A stretch of DNA of 64,000 bases, from IMG/VR virus record IMGVR_UViG_3300033273_000658, positions 32,001 to 96,000 of that record. One strand, given 5' to 3'. Origin of the DNA: a virus. A program made the position numbers and the translations under genes. The notes under the pieces are model-generated. The model was not told where the DNA came from, searched no databases, and worked only from the letters and a program-made list of their open reading frames with translations. This document shows positions 30,651 through 40,519 of the stretch, piece by piece (within the stretch, counting starts at the first letter, position 1; every line of letters begins with the position of its first letter).

Positions 30651-31447
30651 AGTTTCCGTTTCCTGATGTGATGCTCCCAATAGCGAACGACTATACGTTA
30701 TTAGATGCTGCTATTGTTGAATGTGCCTATGCTGGTTGCGATACAATCTGGATTGTCTGTAATGATGACACAGCTCCACTGCTACGTCACAGGATTGGAG
30801 ATTACATAGAAGATCCTTCTTATTATTATTTTAATACATCGGTTAATAAATACGACAGAAAACGTATCCCTATCTTTTGGGTACCTCAGCATCCCAAGGA
30901 TAGAGATAAGCGAGACTGCCTTTCTTGGAGCGTAATCTATGGAGCACTCAGCAGTTTCATGATTTCATCAAAAATCTCTAAATGGATCATACCGGACAAA
31001 TACTATGTTAGTTTTCCGTACGGTCTTATCAATCCTAGAGATCTTATGGAAAGTAGAAAGTTTATAAGTTCCAAAGATAATTTCTATGTGATGCATAATA
31101 ATCAGACAGTTCAAGACAACCTATACAGTTCTTTTACATTTGGTAAGGATGAATTTGTCAAATACCGAAGAAATGTTCGCAAAGGAACTGGACGATGGAA
31201 AGGTTCTTATGGCAACATGGAAGAGTTGCCACTAGAAGAGCGTTGGTCTGCTAGATTTTTTGAACCAAAAGATGTCTTCACGGACTTAGACATTGAAGAT
31301 TCTAACGTTTTATCAACAGAGAACTATCATAACATAGCCAGTTGGGAAGAGTACCATAAGTACATGAACTCATCATACTCCAGAGAGATTATTAAGCCAC
31401 CTGGGGATTTATTCTCTTATAAAGAATTCAACGGTGTTGCAACCTAA
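30563..31447 (+). CDS. Sugar-phosphate nucleotidyltransferase-like protein
   Basis: GIVPVAG...PDVMLPIA...AIVECAYAGCDTIWIV (RmlA/GlmU-type N-terminus). Confidence 0.6.
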   Translation: METYEKTITSKANFHLAGIVPVAGGHTSLKFPFPDVMLPIANDYTLLDAAIVECAYAGCDTIWIVCNDDTAPLLRHRIGDYIEDPSYYYFNTSVNKYDRKRIPIFWVPQHPKDRDKRDCLSWSVIYGALSSFMISSKISKWIIPDKYYVSFPYGLINPRDLMESRKFISSKDNFYVMHNNQTVQDNLYSSFTFGKDEFVKYRRNVRKGTGRWKGSYGNMEELPLEERWSARFFEPKDVFTDLDIEDSNVLSTENYHNIASWEEYHKYMNSSYSREIIKPPGDLFSYKEFNGVAT

Positions 31448-32036
31448 TTATCACATGTCAATACAACAAAAGAAATATAAAAGACTTAGGAAAGAATTGC
31501 AGTTTGTTCAAAGCGAACTTGAGTATGTAGAAGAGGTTTTGAGTGAGTGGCACTTGATTTTTGAAGAATACCACAGAGACTATTGCAAAAGGAAAGGAAT
31601 TGATCTAAATCAATTAAATAAAAAATCTAGTAAAAAAATTGACCAGCTAATACCTGAACCAGTAAAAAAAGATACCGGTTTAATTGTGTATGATAATAAA
31701 AAAGATAAAGATGTTTTTAAAAAACTGTTTAAACAAATTGCTAGGAAATTGCATCCTGATCTGGGTGGAGACGAAAAAAAGTTTCAAGAAGCTACATCTG
31801 CTATGGAAGAAAAAAACTTTGAAAAAATTCTTGACATCTGTGATGAGCATGGTATATTAATAGAGATCAACAAAGAAATGTTGGAACTTTTGGAACAACA
31901 AATTTCAGAAACAAAAGAAAAAATAAGTAAAGAAAAATCTACTTATTCTTGGAGTCTTTATTCATGCACAAATGACAAATGTAAAGATAAAGTAATTCAA
32001 AAATTTCTTAAGCACCTGTTCAACTACGAGGAATAA
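31434..32036 (+). CDS. J-domain-containing protein
   Basis: KKLFKQIARKLHPDLGGDEKKFQEA (HPD motif). Confidence 0.7.
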   Translation: MLQPNYHMSIQQKKYKRLRKELQFVQSELEYVEEVLSEWHLIFEEYHRDYCKRKGIDLNQLNKKSSKKIDQLIPEPVKKDTGLIVYDNKKDKDVFKKLFKQIARKLHPDLGGDEKKFQEATSAMEEKNFEKILDICDEHGILIEINKEMLELLEQQISETKEKISKEKSTYSWSLYSCTNDKCKDKVIQKFLKHLFNYEE

Positions 32037-32037
32037 A

Positions 32038-33036
32038 ATGTTCAACCCCAATCATAAATTAATACAAAAAATAAAAGAGAAAGGAGGGTTTATTAACTCT
32101 CATGCCCATTTTGATCGGGCTTATACCGTGACTGAAGATAATATGGAAAAGGTGGTTAATTACCACCTTTTTGATAAATGGCAGTTCGTTGATAAGTTCA
32201 AGAAGAATGCCGAAGTCTCAATTTATATTCACAACATGATGGCAGCAATAAATCAACAAATCAAGTATGGAGTTGTTGGTGCTTTGACATTTGTTGACAT
32301 TGATAGTGTATGTGGTTTTAAAGCAGTAGAAGCAGCTCAGATAGTAAAAAAAGAAGCGAAAGCCAAAGGTTTTGAGCTTAAAATTTGTTCCCAAGCGTTG
32401 AAAGGTGTCTTGGCACCTAAAGAAAATAAATTACTTAAAAAAGCCTTAGATTTGGGGTATTTGGATGCTATTGGTGGTCTTCCAAGAGCAGATGAAGGAA
32501 AAGCACAAGCACACTTAGATCAAATTCTTTTTTTAGGCAAAGAATATGGAAAGAGAGTTCATGTACACGTTGATCAACTTAATGATTCTCTAGAAAAAGA
32601 AACCGAAATGCTTGCTTTGAGAACAATGCATTGGGGCATGGAAGGTAGAGTGACCGCTGTTCACGGTATTTCTATTGCAGCACATCCAAAAGAATACAGA
32701 GAGCGTGTTTATGGTTTGGCTCGTGATGCGGCCCTTTCTTTTGTCTCATGCCCAACAGCTTGGATTGACTCTCGCAGAAAAGAGTGGTTAACTCCAACAC
32801 ATAACTCCATCACACCTGTTGAAGAAATGATAAAACATGGCCTGACAGTTGCTATTGGCTCAGATAACATCCAAGATGTTTATAAACCATTCTCAGATGG
32901 AAACATGTACACAGAGCTTAAATTTTTGCTTGAATGTTTGCATTTGTACGACATTGATACCCTTGTTGACATCGCAACCAAAAACGGGAGACTAGTTATT
33001 GGTATGGAGGATAATAATGAAGGAGCCAAAATTTAA
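32038..33036 (+). CDS. Cytosine deaminase-like amidohydrolase
   Basis: HAHFDRA, HVHVDQ, VTAVHG and GSDNIQD. Confidence 0.8.
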   Translation: MFNPNHKLIQKIKEKGGFINSHAHFDRAYTVTEDNMEKVVNYHLFDKWQFVDKFKKNAEVSIYIHNMMAAINQQIKYGVVGALTFVDIDSVCGFKAVEAAQIVKKEAKAKGFELKICSQALKGVLAPKENKLLKKALDLGYLDAIGGLPRADEGKAQAHLDQILFLGKEYGKRVHVHVDQLNDSLEKETEMLALRTMHWGMEGRVTAVHGISIAAHPKEYRERVYGLARDAALSFVSCPTAWIDSRRKEWLTPTHNSITPVEEMIKHGLTVAIGSDNIQDVYKPFSDGNMYTELKFLLECLHLYDIDTLVDIATKNGRLVIGMEDNNEGAKI

Positions 33037-33280
33037 AGTTGGAGACCTTGTATTCTATCAAGCATCTGAAATAAATAAGTATGCTAATGGCGAGAGACAG
33101 ATGGGAATAGTACTTAAAGTTACCCCGGAAGTTTCACCACTGTTTGAGGATCTACCTGATGCCCATATGTGGGCGTATGAGTTTAAAGTTAAATGGATTG
33201 AAACAGGATACACTTCAACGCTTCACGGATTTAATTTAAAAAAAATTGAAATTCCACTTGACAAAGAAGAAGAAACATGA
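33017..33280 (+). CDS. SH3/KOW-like 'KVGDLV' family protein
   Basis: FKVGDLVFY...MGIVLKV...FKVKW; start after GGAGG. Confidence 0.65.
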   Translation: MKEPKFKVGDLVFYQASEINKYANGERQMGIVLKVTPEVSPLFEDLPDAHMWAYEFKVKWIETGYTSTLHGFNLKKIEIPLDKEEET

Positions 33281-33286
33281 TATACT
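33258..33286 (+). promoter_or_regulatory. Sigma70 promoter (probably also drives the tmRNA)
   Basis: TTGACA-N17-TATACT. Confidence 0.7.
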
Positions 33287-33303
33287 ATAATAGAGGAGGA
33301 AAC

Positions 33304-33498
33304 ATGGTAGGAAGATTAGTAAAATGGATTCACGATGAGATGCCAACAAATCTTTGTGTAATAATTGATGATTTAGGGTACAAAGAAGATCATATAGTTT
33401 TATCCGAAGAAGAAGAAAATGAAATGCTTTTTCTTTGTTATGACTTTGTAACAAACGAACAATTTTATGCTTTGGAGAATGAACTCCAGTTTATTTAG
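33304..33498 (+). CDS. Small SH3-like hypothetical protein (MVGRLVKW)
   Basis: GGAGG RBS; its stop codon overlaps the first G of the tmRNA. Confidence 0.6.
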   Translation: MVGRLVKWIHDEMPTNLCVIIDDLGYKEDHIVLSEEEENEMLFLCYDFVTNEQFYALENELQFI

Positions 33499-33883
33499 GG
33501 GGCGCAATGGTTTCGACAGGGTAGACATGAAGGACAAGTGCAAGTAGGTAAGAACGACCTTAACAGTTTAAAAAAATTATAATTGCCAATAATAACAATT
33601 ATTTCGAAGTAGCTCAAGCAGCTTAATCGGGTGGTTTCTTTATACCATCAGTCCAAATAAAGATAGTCAGATGGGTGAGACGATAAAGTTATAAGGGAGT
33701 CTAGCGGACTTTGCCGTACCTAAAATGGTTACCCTGTTGGTAGCAGGTGGAACTCTAAGGCTACACAAGAGTTGGTTGGAAAAAAGGTAGCTACTTTGTT
33801 TGTTTAGAGAAACAAAATAAACTTGTGAACGACTTTAATTTATGATGCGCTGGACAGCAGTTCAATTCTGCTCGCCTCCACCA
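33498..33883 (+). ncRNA. ssrA: tmRNA, one-piece; tag (A)ANNNNYFEVAQAA* at 33585-33626
   Basis: 5' GGGGGCG..GGTTTCGAC; 3' T-arm AGCAG-TTCAATT-CTGCT then CGCCTCC-ACCA; G3:U70 alanine identity; resume codon GCC after ATAATT; tag ends in AA. Confidence 0.96.
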
Positions 33884-33933
33884 CTTTTTATTTTAAAATA
33901 ACTATTTATTGTAAATTTTATGGAGATTTAAAA

Positions 33934-34308
33934 ATGAAACTAACAACCCAAAAACTTAAGCAACTCATTAAAGAAGAGCTGAGCAACATAAAAGAATCAG
34001 AGGTTTATGAATTCCCAGATGTTAGTGGCTCAGCGCTGAACCCTGATAACATTGCAAAATACAGAGACTCGATTAAGCACCGCAAACCTCTTAGTGAAGA
34101 ACACATAGCTGACTTTCAACAATTTAAACAAATGTTGAAAACCCTTATAAAAGATAAATACGGTAGAAATCAAAATGAAATACACCACTATACACAAATC
34201 CAGAAATTTATTGCAGGCGTAGAGATGCAACTTGACTATCTTTTCTATGACCTTAAAAAGATAATGGAAAATCCATTGGATTATGAACATCTTGATGATG
34301 AAGGTTAA
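33934..34308 (+). CDS. Putative virion internal protein with MKLTTQKLKQLIKEEL leader
   Basis: Late motif at 33901; leader shared with the 26967 gene. Confidence 0.6.
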   Translation: MKLTTQKLKQLIKEELSNIKESEVYEFPDVSGSALNPDNIAKYRDSIKHRKPLSEEHIADFQQFKQMLKTLIKDKYGRNQNEIHHYTQIQKFIAGVEMQLDYLFYDLKKIMENPLDYEHLDDEG

Positions 34309-34318
34309 CTAAAAATAT

Positions 34319-34347
34319 TTGACAAACTCCTGAGAACATGTTATACT
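34319..34347 (+). promoter_or_regulatory. Sigma70 promoter
   Basis: TTGACA-N17-TATACT. Confidence 0.75.
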
Positions 34348-34369
34348 ATAATATAACTTAGGAGAAAAT

Positions 34370-34831
34370 ATGAATAGATTAGTACCTCCATCAATATGGA
34401 GTAATAAAACAGTTTTAGTGTCCGGTGGGTTTGATCCCATTCATGCCGGACATGTTGCTATGATAAGAGATGCAGCAAAGCACGGAGATGTGATTGTTGT
34501 TGCGAACTCTGACGAATGGCTTATGCGAAAGAAAGGGTTTGTGTTTATGCCCTTTGAAGAACGCCGAGACATTCTTAAGGAGATTAAAGGTGTCATCATT
34601 GTAGCAGCTGTCGATGACTCAGACGGAACGGTTTGTGATGCCCTTCGAAAAATTCGCCCAGACTATTTTGCTAATGGCGGAGACAGAGGAAAGAACAACA
34701 CACCGGAACAAGATGTCTGTGAAGAACTTGGCATCGAAATGCTTTGGGGAGTCGGTGGAGATTACAAACGAAACTCTTCATCTGACCTTGCAAAGAACTT
34801 GGTAGAAAATTATCCAAAGGAGGAAAAGTGA
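34370..34831 (+). CDS. Cytidylyltransferase-like protein (HxGH family)
   Basis: VSGGFDPIHAGH, NSDEWL.RKKG, FANGGDR and NSSS. Confidence 0.88.
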   Translation: MNRLVPPSIWSNKTVLVSGGFDPIHAGHVAMIRDAAKHGDVIVVANSDEWLMRKKGFVFMPFEERRDILKEIKGVIIVAAVDDSDGTVCDALRKIRPDYFANGGDRGKNNTPEQDVCEELGIEMLWGVGGDYKRNSSSDLAKNLVENYPKEEK

Positions 34832-34925
34832 ACGAACAATGGATTTTTTATTTAGATGCTCTCATCCCAATGGTAGGGTTAGTGTGTTTTTATTATTGCT
34901 TACATAATATAGAATAGGAGAACAA

Positions 34926-35174
34926 ATGAAAGAATATTTGATTTGGTATCGACTTCCCGGAGATACCATTGATAGAGTCCGTGGAACCGCTCGCAACTGG
35001 CAAAGAGCCGAAAGAATGGCTGAGAATCTTCATCTTCGTTTAACAAGCAATGATATTGATGTTGAAGCTGTTGGTGTCAAAAGTGGCTTCCATGGAGAGC
35101 TATATGAAGATGAAACACTACATATGAGATGGAATGTTATACCACCAGAACCAGAGCAACAGGAGGAACAATGA
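34926..35174 (+). CDS. Hypothetical protein
   Basis: AGGAG RBS; 82 aa. Confidence 0.6.
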   Translation: MKEYLIWYRLPGDTIDRVRGTARNWQRAERMAENLHLRLTSNDIDVEAVGVKSGFHGELYEDETLHMRWNVIPPEPEQQEEQ

Positions 35175-36088
35175 GATTTGCTTTATTAACAACACTTTTA
35201 TCATGCGGCGGAGACATTCTTATCTCCGCAAACTATGATGAAAAAACAAACGATACAAATAATGCTATCGTTGTTGAGGACACTGTATCCCCAAGTCCAA
35301 CAACGGACACCCCAAGCGAGCCATCAAGTAGCCCCACAAGTGAACCAGAGACTCAAATGACCGAACTATCCGTTGGTCTTGCAACAATTCATTTCCGACA
35401 GATTTCATGTCCAGCATGTGTTGGGGCTTATGGAGAGTTTGATATTTCAGCAGAACTAAAGATGCATCAACCAACATCCGGAGACTACTTTCAATACATG
35501 ACTCCCGTTGGTACATGTACAACTAATTTAATTGAGACCTATGTGAGCTCACAACCAGTTCAAGCGACACAACCCGCTATGTTTAACAACATTAGTCTCA
35601 ATCCATCAGGACAAGGACAGTGGACAAATAACTACCTCTACGAGTATCAAATAGAGAGACAAACACCTCACACAATTGTTACTGAAAACGGCACGATAAT
35701 CGATGCGTTTACGACCGTAGAGGGCTTTGATGACATTCAGCCCTACACCTTATTGTGGGTTGATCCTTCCTACGCTTTTGACGCTGTAATCTCCAAGAAT
35801 GGCACAACTTTTACATGGTATCCTGTGTTACCTCTTGATTACTTTGAGGTTCTTATTGCGGTCTATTCACCCGATGGTTCTCAACTTCTTGGAGCAGTTA
35901 GTTGCATGGAGACAGACACAGGTTACATGTGGGTTCCCGGAAACTATTTCCAAACATTTCCAACTTGGTCTCTTGCTGCCGTTCATCTTATCCGACACAG
36001 GATTGGAAGACAGATAGCACCAGAGTTTAATGGCTACATTGATTCTCACATGATTTGGGAAGTTGTTGGAACTGGACACATAGAATAG
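35171..36088 (+). CDS. Predicted lipoprotein with Pro/Ser/Thr linker
   Basis: MRFALLTTLLS-C lipobox after AGGAGG; PSPTTDTPSEPSSSPTSEP linker. Confidence 0.7.
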   Translation: MRFALLTTLLSCGGDILISANYDEKTNDTNNAIVVEDTVSPSPTTDTPSEPSSSPTSEPETQMTELSVGLATIHFRQISCPACVGAYGEFDISAELKMHQPTSGDYFQYMTPVGTCTTNLIETYVSSQPVQATQPAMFNNISLNPSGQGQWTNNYLYEYQIERQTPHTIVTENGTIIDAFTTVEGFDDIQPYTLLWVDPSYAFDAVISKNGTTFTWYPVLPLDYFEVLIAVYSPDGSQLLGAVSCMETDTGYMWVPGNYFQTFPTWSLAAVHLIRHRIGRQIAPEFNGYIDSHMIWEVVGTGHIE

Positions 36089-36092
36089 GTCT

Positions 36093-36152
36093 AAAGGCAT
36101 CCTACTGAAGAATCAGTGATAAGGGCTCCTCTCGCTAGGGTGCCTTTTTTTT
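36093..36152 (+). terminator. Terminator-like stem with a large structured loop
   Basis: AAAGGCATCCTA/TAGGGTGCCTTT followed by a T run. Confidence 0.6.
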
Positions 36153-36163
36153 ATATAAAACAT

Positions 36164-36192
36164 TTGACAAAGTACCAATACCATGGTATAAT
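36164..36192 (+). promoter_or_regulatory. Consensus sigma70 promoter
   Basis: TTGACA-N17-TATAAT. Confidence 0.8.
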
Positions 36193-36215
36193 ATAAACAT
36201 AATTGAGGAGGAATT

Positions 36216-39200
36216 ATGAAAAACATAAAATTTGTTGGGCTTCACGCTCATTCGGGTGTTGGTTCACCCTTTGATGGATTTGGATATCCACAAGAACACA
36301 TGGACTTTTGCTATGAGAATGGAGGTCGTGCTCTCGCATTGACTGATCATGGTAACATGAACGGTTTTGCTTATCAAATCCTTCATGCTAACAAGATGGC
36401 AAAAGAAGGCAAAGACTTCAAGCCAATCTTTGGTGTTGAAGCTTATTTCATTAATGATGTAGAACAATGGAGAAAAGAATATGAAGAACACAAAGCAGAT
36501 AAGAAAAAAGCAAAAGAACTCTCCGATAAACAATCAGGAGTTAATGTTGAAGAAGAAGGAGCTACTAAGTCAAAAGGTCGCTCAATTAATCGCTCTCGTC
36601 ATTTAGTTCTTCTTGCAATGAACCAAACTGGACTTAACAACATATTTAAATTAGTATCGGAAAGTTACAGTGGGAAATATTTTTATAGAAAGCCTCGCAT
36701 GGATTATAATCTCCTTAGTAAATACAGCGATGGTGTTATTGCTATGTCTGCTTGTCTTGGCGGTGTTTACGCTGGGTGCTATTGGGAGAATGTTGAGGAT
36801 GGCGAAGAGGCAGTTCTTAACTGCATGCGCGAAACCACACGAACGATGGTTGGCATTTTTGGTGATCGTTGGTATGGTGAGTTACAGTGGAATGCTGTAC
36901 CTGAGCAGCATGCTCTAAACAAATACATTATTCAGATGCACAAAGAGTTTGGTATCAAGTTGGTTTCAACAGCTGACTCGCACTATCCTACACCGACCGC
37001 TTGGAAAGACCGTGAGTTGTACAAACGTCTCGGTTGGTTAGGTCGTGGTGCACCTGAATGGTTGGACATGACTCTTCCCGGCTCTGTTCAAGACATGGAC
37101 TATGAACTGTATCCAAAGAATGGAGAGCAGATGTGGGAAGATTTTAAGAAATACTCGGAGGCATACGATTATGATGAACAACTCATCCTTAATAGCATTG
37201 AGGAAAGCCATCGTATCGCTTTCGAACGCATTGAACAGTTTATTCCAGACACTACTGTTCGTCTTCCTGATTTTGTTGTACCTGCTGGTCGTGATGAGGA
37301 TGACTATCTACGTGATTTATCACTTGGTGGGTTAAGTCATTTGCGTAAAGACAAGGGAGATTACATCTCTAGAATAAACCATGAGCTTAAAGTTATTGCT
37401 GATCGTGGTTTCTCAAAGTATTTCTTAACTATGAAAGCTATCTCTGATAAAACAAATGAAGTCCAGTTGGCTGGCCCTGGTCGTGGTTCAGCTGCTGGCT
37501 CATTGGTGGCCTACGCCCTAGGCATCACACAGGTTGATCCTATTGAGTATGGACTTCTGTTCTCTCGTTTCTTGCGCTCCGATGCAACAGACTATCCAGA
37601 CATCGACTATGATGTATCTGATCCTATGGTTCTGAAAGACATGCTTATCGAAGAGTGGGGCGATGATGTTGTTGTTCCTATCTCAAACTGGAATACACTT
37701 CAGCTTCGTTCTCTTCTCAAAGACATCTCCAAGTTCTACGAGATCCCATTCAATGAAGTGAACGCTGTTACAAACGTTATGATGAAAGAAGCCACACCTG
37801 CGGCCAAGCGAAAGCATGGTATCAAGGCTGGTGTATACACTCCTACGTTTGAAGAAACAATTGAGTTTTCTGACACTCTTCGTGCGTTCCTCAATAAGTA
37901 TCCACATGTTGCAGATCATGTTATGGCACTCTATGGATCTTATCGTTCGTGCTCTCGTCATGCTGGTGGTGTGGTTGTCGGAGAACAATTGAATAAGTAC
38001 ATGCCTTTGATTTCATCTAAAGGTGTGCGTCAAACCCCATGGTCTGAAGGTCAGAACGTTCGTCAGCTTGAACCGCTTGGTTTTATTAAGTTTGACATTC
38101 TTGGCCTATCAACGTTGAGAATGATTGAAGATTGTATTCGTCGTGTTCTAATTAACAATGGCACTAAGAATCCAACATTCGCTCAAATTAAATCTTTCTA
38201 CGATCAAAATCTACATCCAGATGTTATTGATCTCAACGACGAGGACGTTTATGAAAACATTTTCCATCAAGGCAAGTGGGCTGGTATTTTCCAGTTTACT
38301 GAGAAAGGTGCTCAATCTTTCGCTGTTCGCGCCCAACCAAAGTCTATCATTGATATTGCGGCTATCACGTCAATCTATCGCCCTGGGCCTTTATCGGCTG
38401 GTGTTGATAAGCAGTATGTCGCTGCTATCAATGATACTCTATCGATTAGTTATCTACATGAACTTGTAGAAGAAGTTACCAAAGAAACTTATGGCTTCTT
38501 GATTTTCCAAGAACAGATTGCTCTTCTTGCTTATAAACTCGGAGAAAATATCTCTATGGATGAAGCTAACCTCCTCCGCAAAGTACTTACTAAGAAGGGT
38601 ACGGGGAAAGGACATGAGATTAAAGAAGCGATCAAAGAAAAGTTTATCACGGGCTGTGAGAAGAAAGACATTAAGAAAGAAGATGCGGAGCAACTCTGGG
38701 CTACTTTTGAATATTTCTCTGGCTATGGTTTTAATAAGTCTCATGCTGTTTCTTATTCCATCATCTCTTTTCAATGCGCTTGGCTATACAATTATTTTCC
38801 TACTGAGTGGATGTGTTCTTTTCTTGATCGTGAACCCGACACTCGCAAAGAGAAAGCAATTAATATTGCAAAGTCTCACGGTTTCTCTATCAGCGACATT
38901 GATATTAATGTTTCTGGTGAAAGCTGGGAAGCTACTGATGCCACTAATCTAGTCGCACCTCTTACAACAATCAAAGGTCTTGGTGACAAAGCTATCGAAG
39001 AGATAGTTGCGAACCGCCCGTTTGAGACTGTTGAAGATTTACTATTCAATGAGAATGTTGTCTATCGTAAACTCAACAAAAAGTCTCTAGATGCTCTTTG
39101 TCGTGGTGGTGCTTTGGATTCACTTATTGATGACAGGTTCACAGGCGCTCAACACTTTTGGGCTGCATGTTGCCAGGATCGCCCGAAAAACCTTAAAAAA

Positions 39201-39641
39201 CTCGCTGAAAACATTGAGGCGTATAAGGAGGCCGGCGACTTCTCAAAAGACGATAGAGTTGAATTTCTTACGGAATTAACGGGTATTTTCCCTATGAATC
39301 TTGTTGCTCCGGAAGAAGTACAACAGTCTCTTGCTAAGTTCTGTGTTCCGCCTATCTCTGAGTTTGATCCTGCACTTGGTGCATGTTGGGGCATACCTCG
39401 CAATGTAAATCTTCGTAAGTCAAAGAATGGTAAGTGGTTTGCGGTTATCGATCTGATTGATTCAAATAGTAAACTTACAAAACTTCGGTATTGGGGTGTA
39501 AATAAAGATACTATTCGTGATGAGATTCTCTTGAACGAAGTTTACATCATCAAGCCACAATACTCTGATGGTTGGGGATTCTCAACAAGAGGTCATGTTG
39601 ATAAAACATGGAAACGTATGACAACAAATAAGGAGGAATAA
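36216..39641 (+). CDS. dnaE: DNA polymerase III alpha subunit (family C)
   Basis: PHP HAHS/TDHG, GRGSAAGSL, PDIDYD, KFDILGL and YGFNKSHA. Confidence 0.95.
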   Translation: MKNIKFVGLHAHSGVGSPFDGFGYPQEHMDFCYENGGRALALTDHGNMNGFAYQILHANKMAKEGKDFKPIFGVEAYFINDVEQWRKEYEEHKADKKKAKELSDKQSGVNVEEEGATKSKGRSINRSRHLVLLAMNQTGLNNIFKLVSESYSGKYFYRKPRMDYNLLSKYSDGVIAMSACLGGVYAGCYWENVEDGEEAVLNCMRETTRTMVGIFGDRWYGELQWNAVPEQHALNKYIIQMHKEFGIKLVSTADSHYPTPTAWKDRELYKRLGWLGRGAPEWLDMTLPGSVQDMDYELYPKNGEQMWEDFKKYSEAYDYDEQLILNSIEESHRIAFERIEQFIPDTTVRLPDFVVPAGRDEDDYLRDLSLGGLSHLRKDKGDYISRINHELKVIADRGFSKYFLTMKAISDKTNEVQLAGPGRGSAAGSLVAYALGITQVDPIEYGLLFSRFLRSDATDYPDIDYDVSDPMVLKDMLIEEWGDDVVVPISNWNTLQLRSLLKDISKFYEIPFNEVNAVTNVMMKEATPAAKRKHGIKAGVYTPTFEETIEFSDTLRAFLNKYPHVADHVMALYGSYRSCSRHAGGVVVGEQLNKYMPLISSKGVRQTPWSEGQNVRQLEPLGFIKFDILGLSTLRMIEDCIRRVLINNGTKNPTFAQIKSFYDQNLHPDVIDLNDEDVYENIFHQGKWAGIFQFTEKGAQSFAVRAQPKSIIDIAAITSIYRPGPLSAGVDKQYVAAINDTLSISYLHELVEEVTKETYGFLIFQEQIALLAYKLGENISMDEANLLRKVLTKKGTGKGHEIKEAIKEKFITGCEKKDIKKEDAEQLWATFEYFSGYGFNKSHAVSYSIISFQCAWLYNYFPTEWMCSFLDREPDTRKEKAINIAKSHGFSISDIDINVSGESWEATDATNLVAPLTTIKGLGDKAIEEIVANRPFETVEDLLFNENVVYRKLNKKSLDALCRGGALDSLIDDRFTGAQHFWAACCQDRPKNLKKLAENIEAYKEAGDFSKDDRVEFLTELTGIFPMNLVAPEEVQQSLAKFCVPPISEFDPALGACWGIPRNVNLRKSKNGKWFAVIDLIDSNSKLTKLRYWGVNKDTIRDEILLNEVYIIKPQYSDGWGFSTRGHVDKTWKRMTTNKEE

Positions 39642-39913
39642 TGAATGAATTAACAAAAGTCATAGACAAAGGCTACCCAACAATGTTGGTCTTTGCCAAA
39701 GTAATAAGAAACATTGGCTACGATCACAACACAGGAGACGAGATAATAGAATATGATCCGAAACTCAAAGCCGGATTTATATTGGAAGAGAGCAAACAGT
39801 TCGAACAATACTATCTTGTCAAGTATTTTGATGGTTCTACATGTTTTCATTGGGGTGTAGATCTTTTTTATAGAAAAGATGAAGAAAAAAACTTGACATA
39901 CTTGAGAAAATAG
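39641..39913 (+). CDS. Hypothetical protein
   Basis: Coupled ORF with AGGAGG RBS. Confidence 0.6.
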   Translation: MNELTKVIDKGYPTMLVFAKVIRNIGYDHNTGDEIIEYDPKLKAGFILEESKQFEQYYLVKYFDGSTCFHWGVDLFYRKDEEKNLTYLRK

Positions 39914-39921
39914 TGTATAAT
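39893..39921 (+). promoter_or_regulatory. Consensus sigma70 promoter
   Basis: TTGACA-N17-TATAAT. Confidence 0.8.
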
Positions 39922-39943
39922 ATAAAAGTAATGAGGAGGAAAC

Positions 39944-40519
39944 ATGACAACTTTACAAACAATTTTAAACAAATGGTATACCGTCAAGGAACTGGCTGAA
40001 TTATTTGGCACGGCTCAACAGCTGAATGGAAAGAAATCTCAATACCATAGCTTACAAAAAATAGGCTTAGGTGAATTGTGGCACAATGGCAGACACAATC
40101 ACATCTGGATACAAGACATGCTGAGTTGTGTGACGAATGGTGCACTATCCATCGGAGGACAAGGTAAGAAAAATCCTGACATGTTTGGCACAATTAACAA
40201 TCAAGAAGTTAGAGTTGAACACAAAGGCTTTGTTAACGAGAACAACATAAGAGTTAGCGCTTCTAAATTTTTTGCTAGCAACGGAGGTATGACAGAGTTG
40301 AAAAAATGCAAATCAGAAAAAGAAAAAATTGATTTGATACTTGGACACTATACAGATGATTACTATGTTCTCACAAAAACAAATGGAGAATCAATGAAAG
40401 CAATCACAAGTATAGACGACATCAAAGTTTTCTTAATTAAAACTTCTGACATGGTGCCAATGCTAAAAGATAGTGATAAAGTTCCTTTGTCTATTTTGGA
40501 TCTGTCGGAGGTAAAATGA
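39944..40519 (+). CDS. Putative PD-(D/E)xK endonuclease
   Basis: PDMFGTINNQEVRVEHKG; coupled to a methyltransferase. Confidence 0.45.
   Translation: MTTLQTILNKWYTVKELAELFGTAQQLNGKKSQYHSLQKIGLGELWHNGRHNHIWIQDMLSCVTNGALSIGGQGKKNPDMFGTINNQEVRVEHKGFVNENNIRVSASKFFASNGGMTELKKCKSEKEKIDLILGHYTDDYYVLTKTNGESMKAITSIDDIKVFLIKTSDMVPMLKDSDKVPLSILDLSEVK

Noticed and set aside
33498-33883. tRNA-Ala
   Set aside because: The acceptor and T arms are separated by about 330 nt containing a tag ORF, so it is a tmRNA; no true tRNAs were seen
36093-36147. Hammerhead ribozyme (CTGAAGA inside a stem)
   Set aside because: No GAAA core or cleavage-triplet arrangement; better explained as a terminator
20119-39641. Inteins or introns in recA, helicase, nrdJ or dnaE
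   Set aside because: Lengths and motif spacing are normal, and no splice motifs or homing endonuclease ORFs were seen
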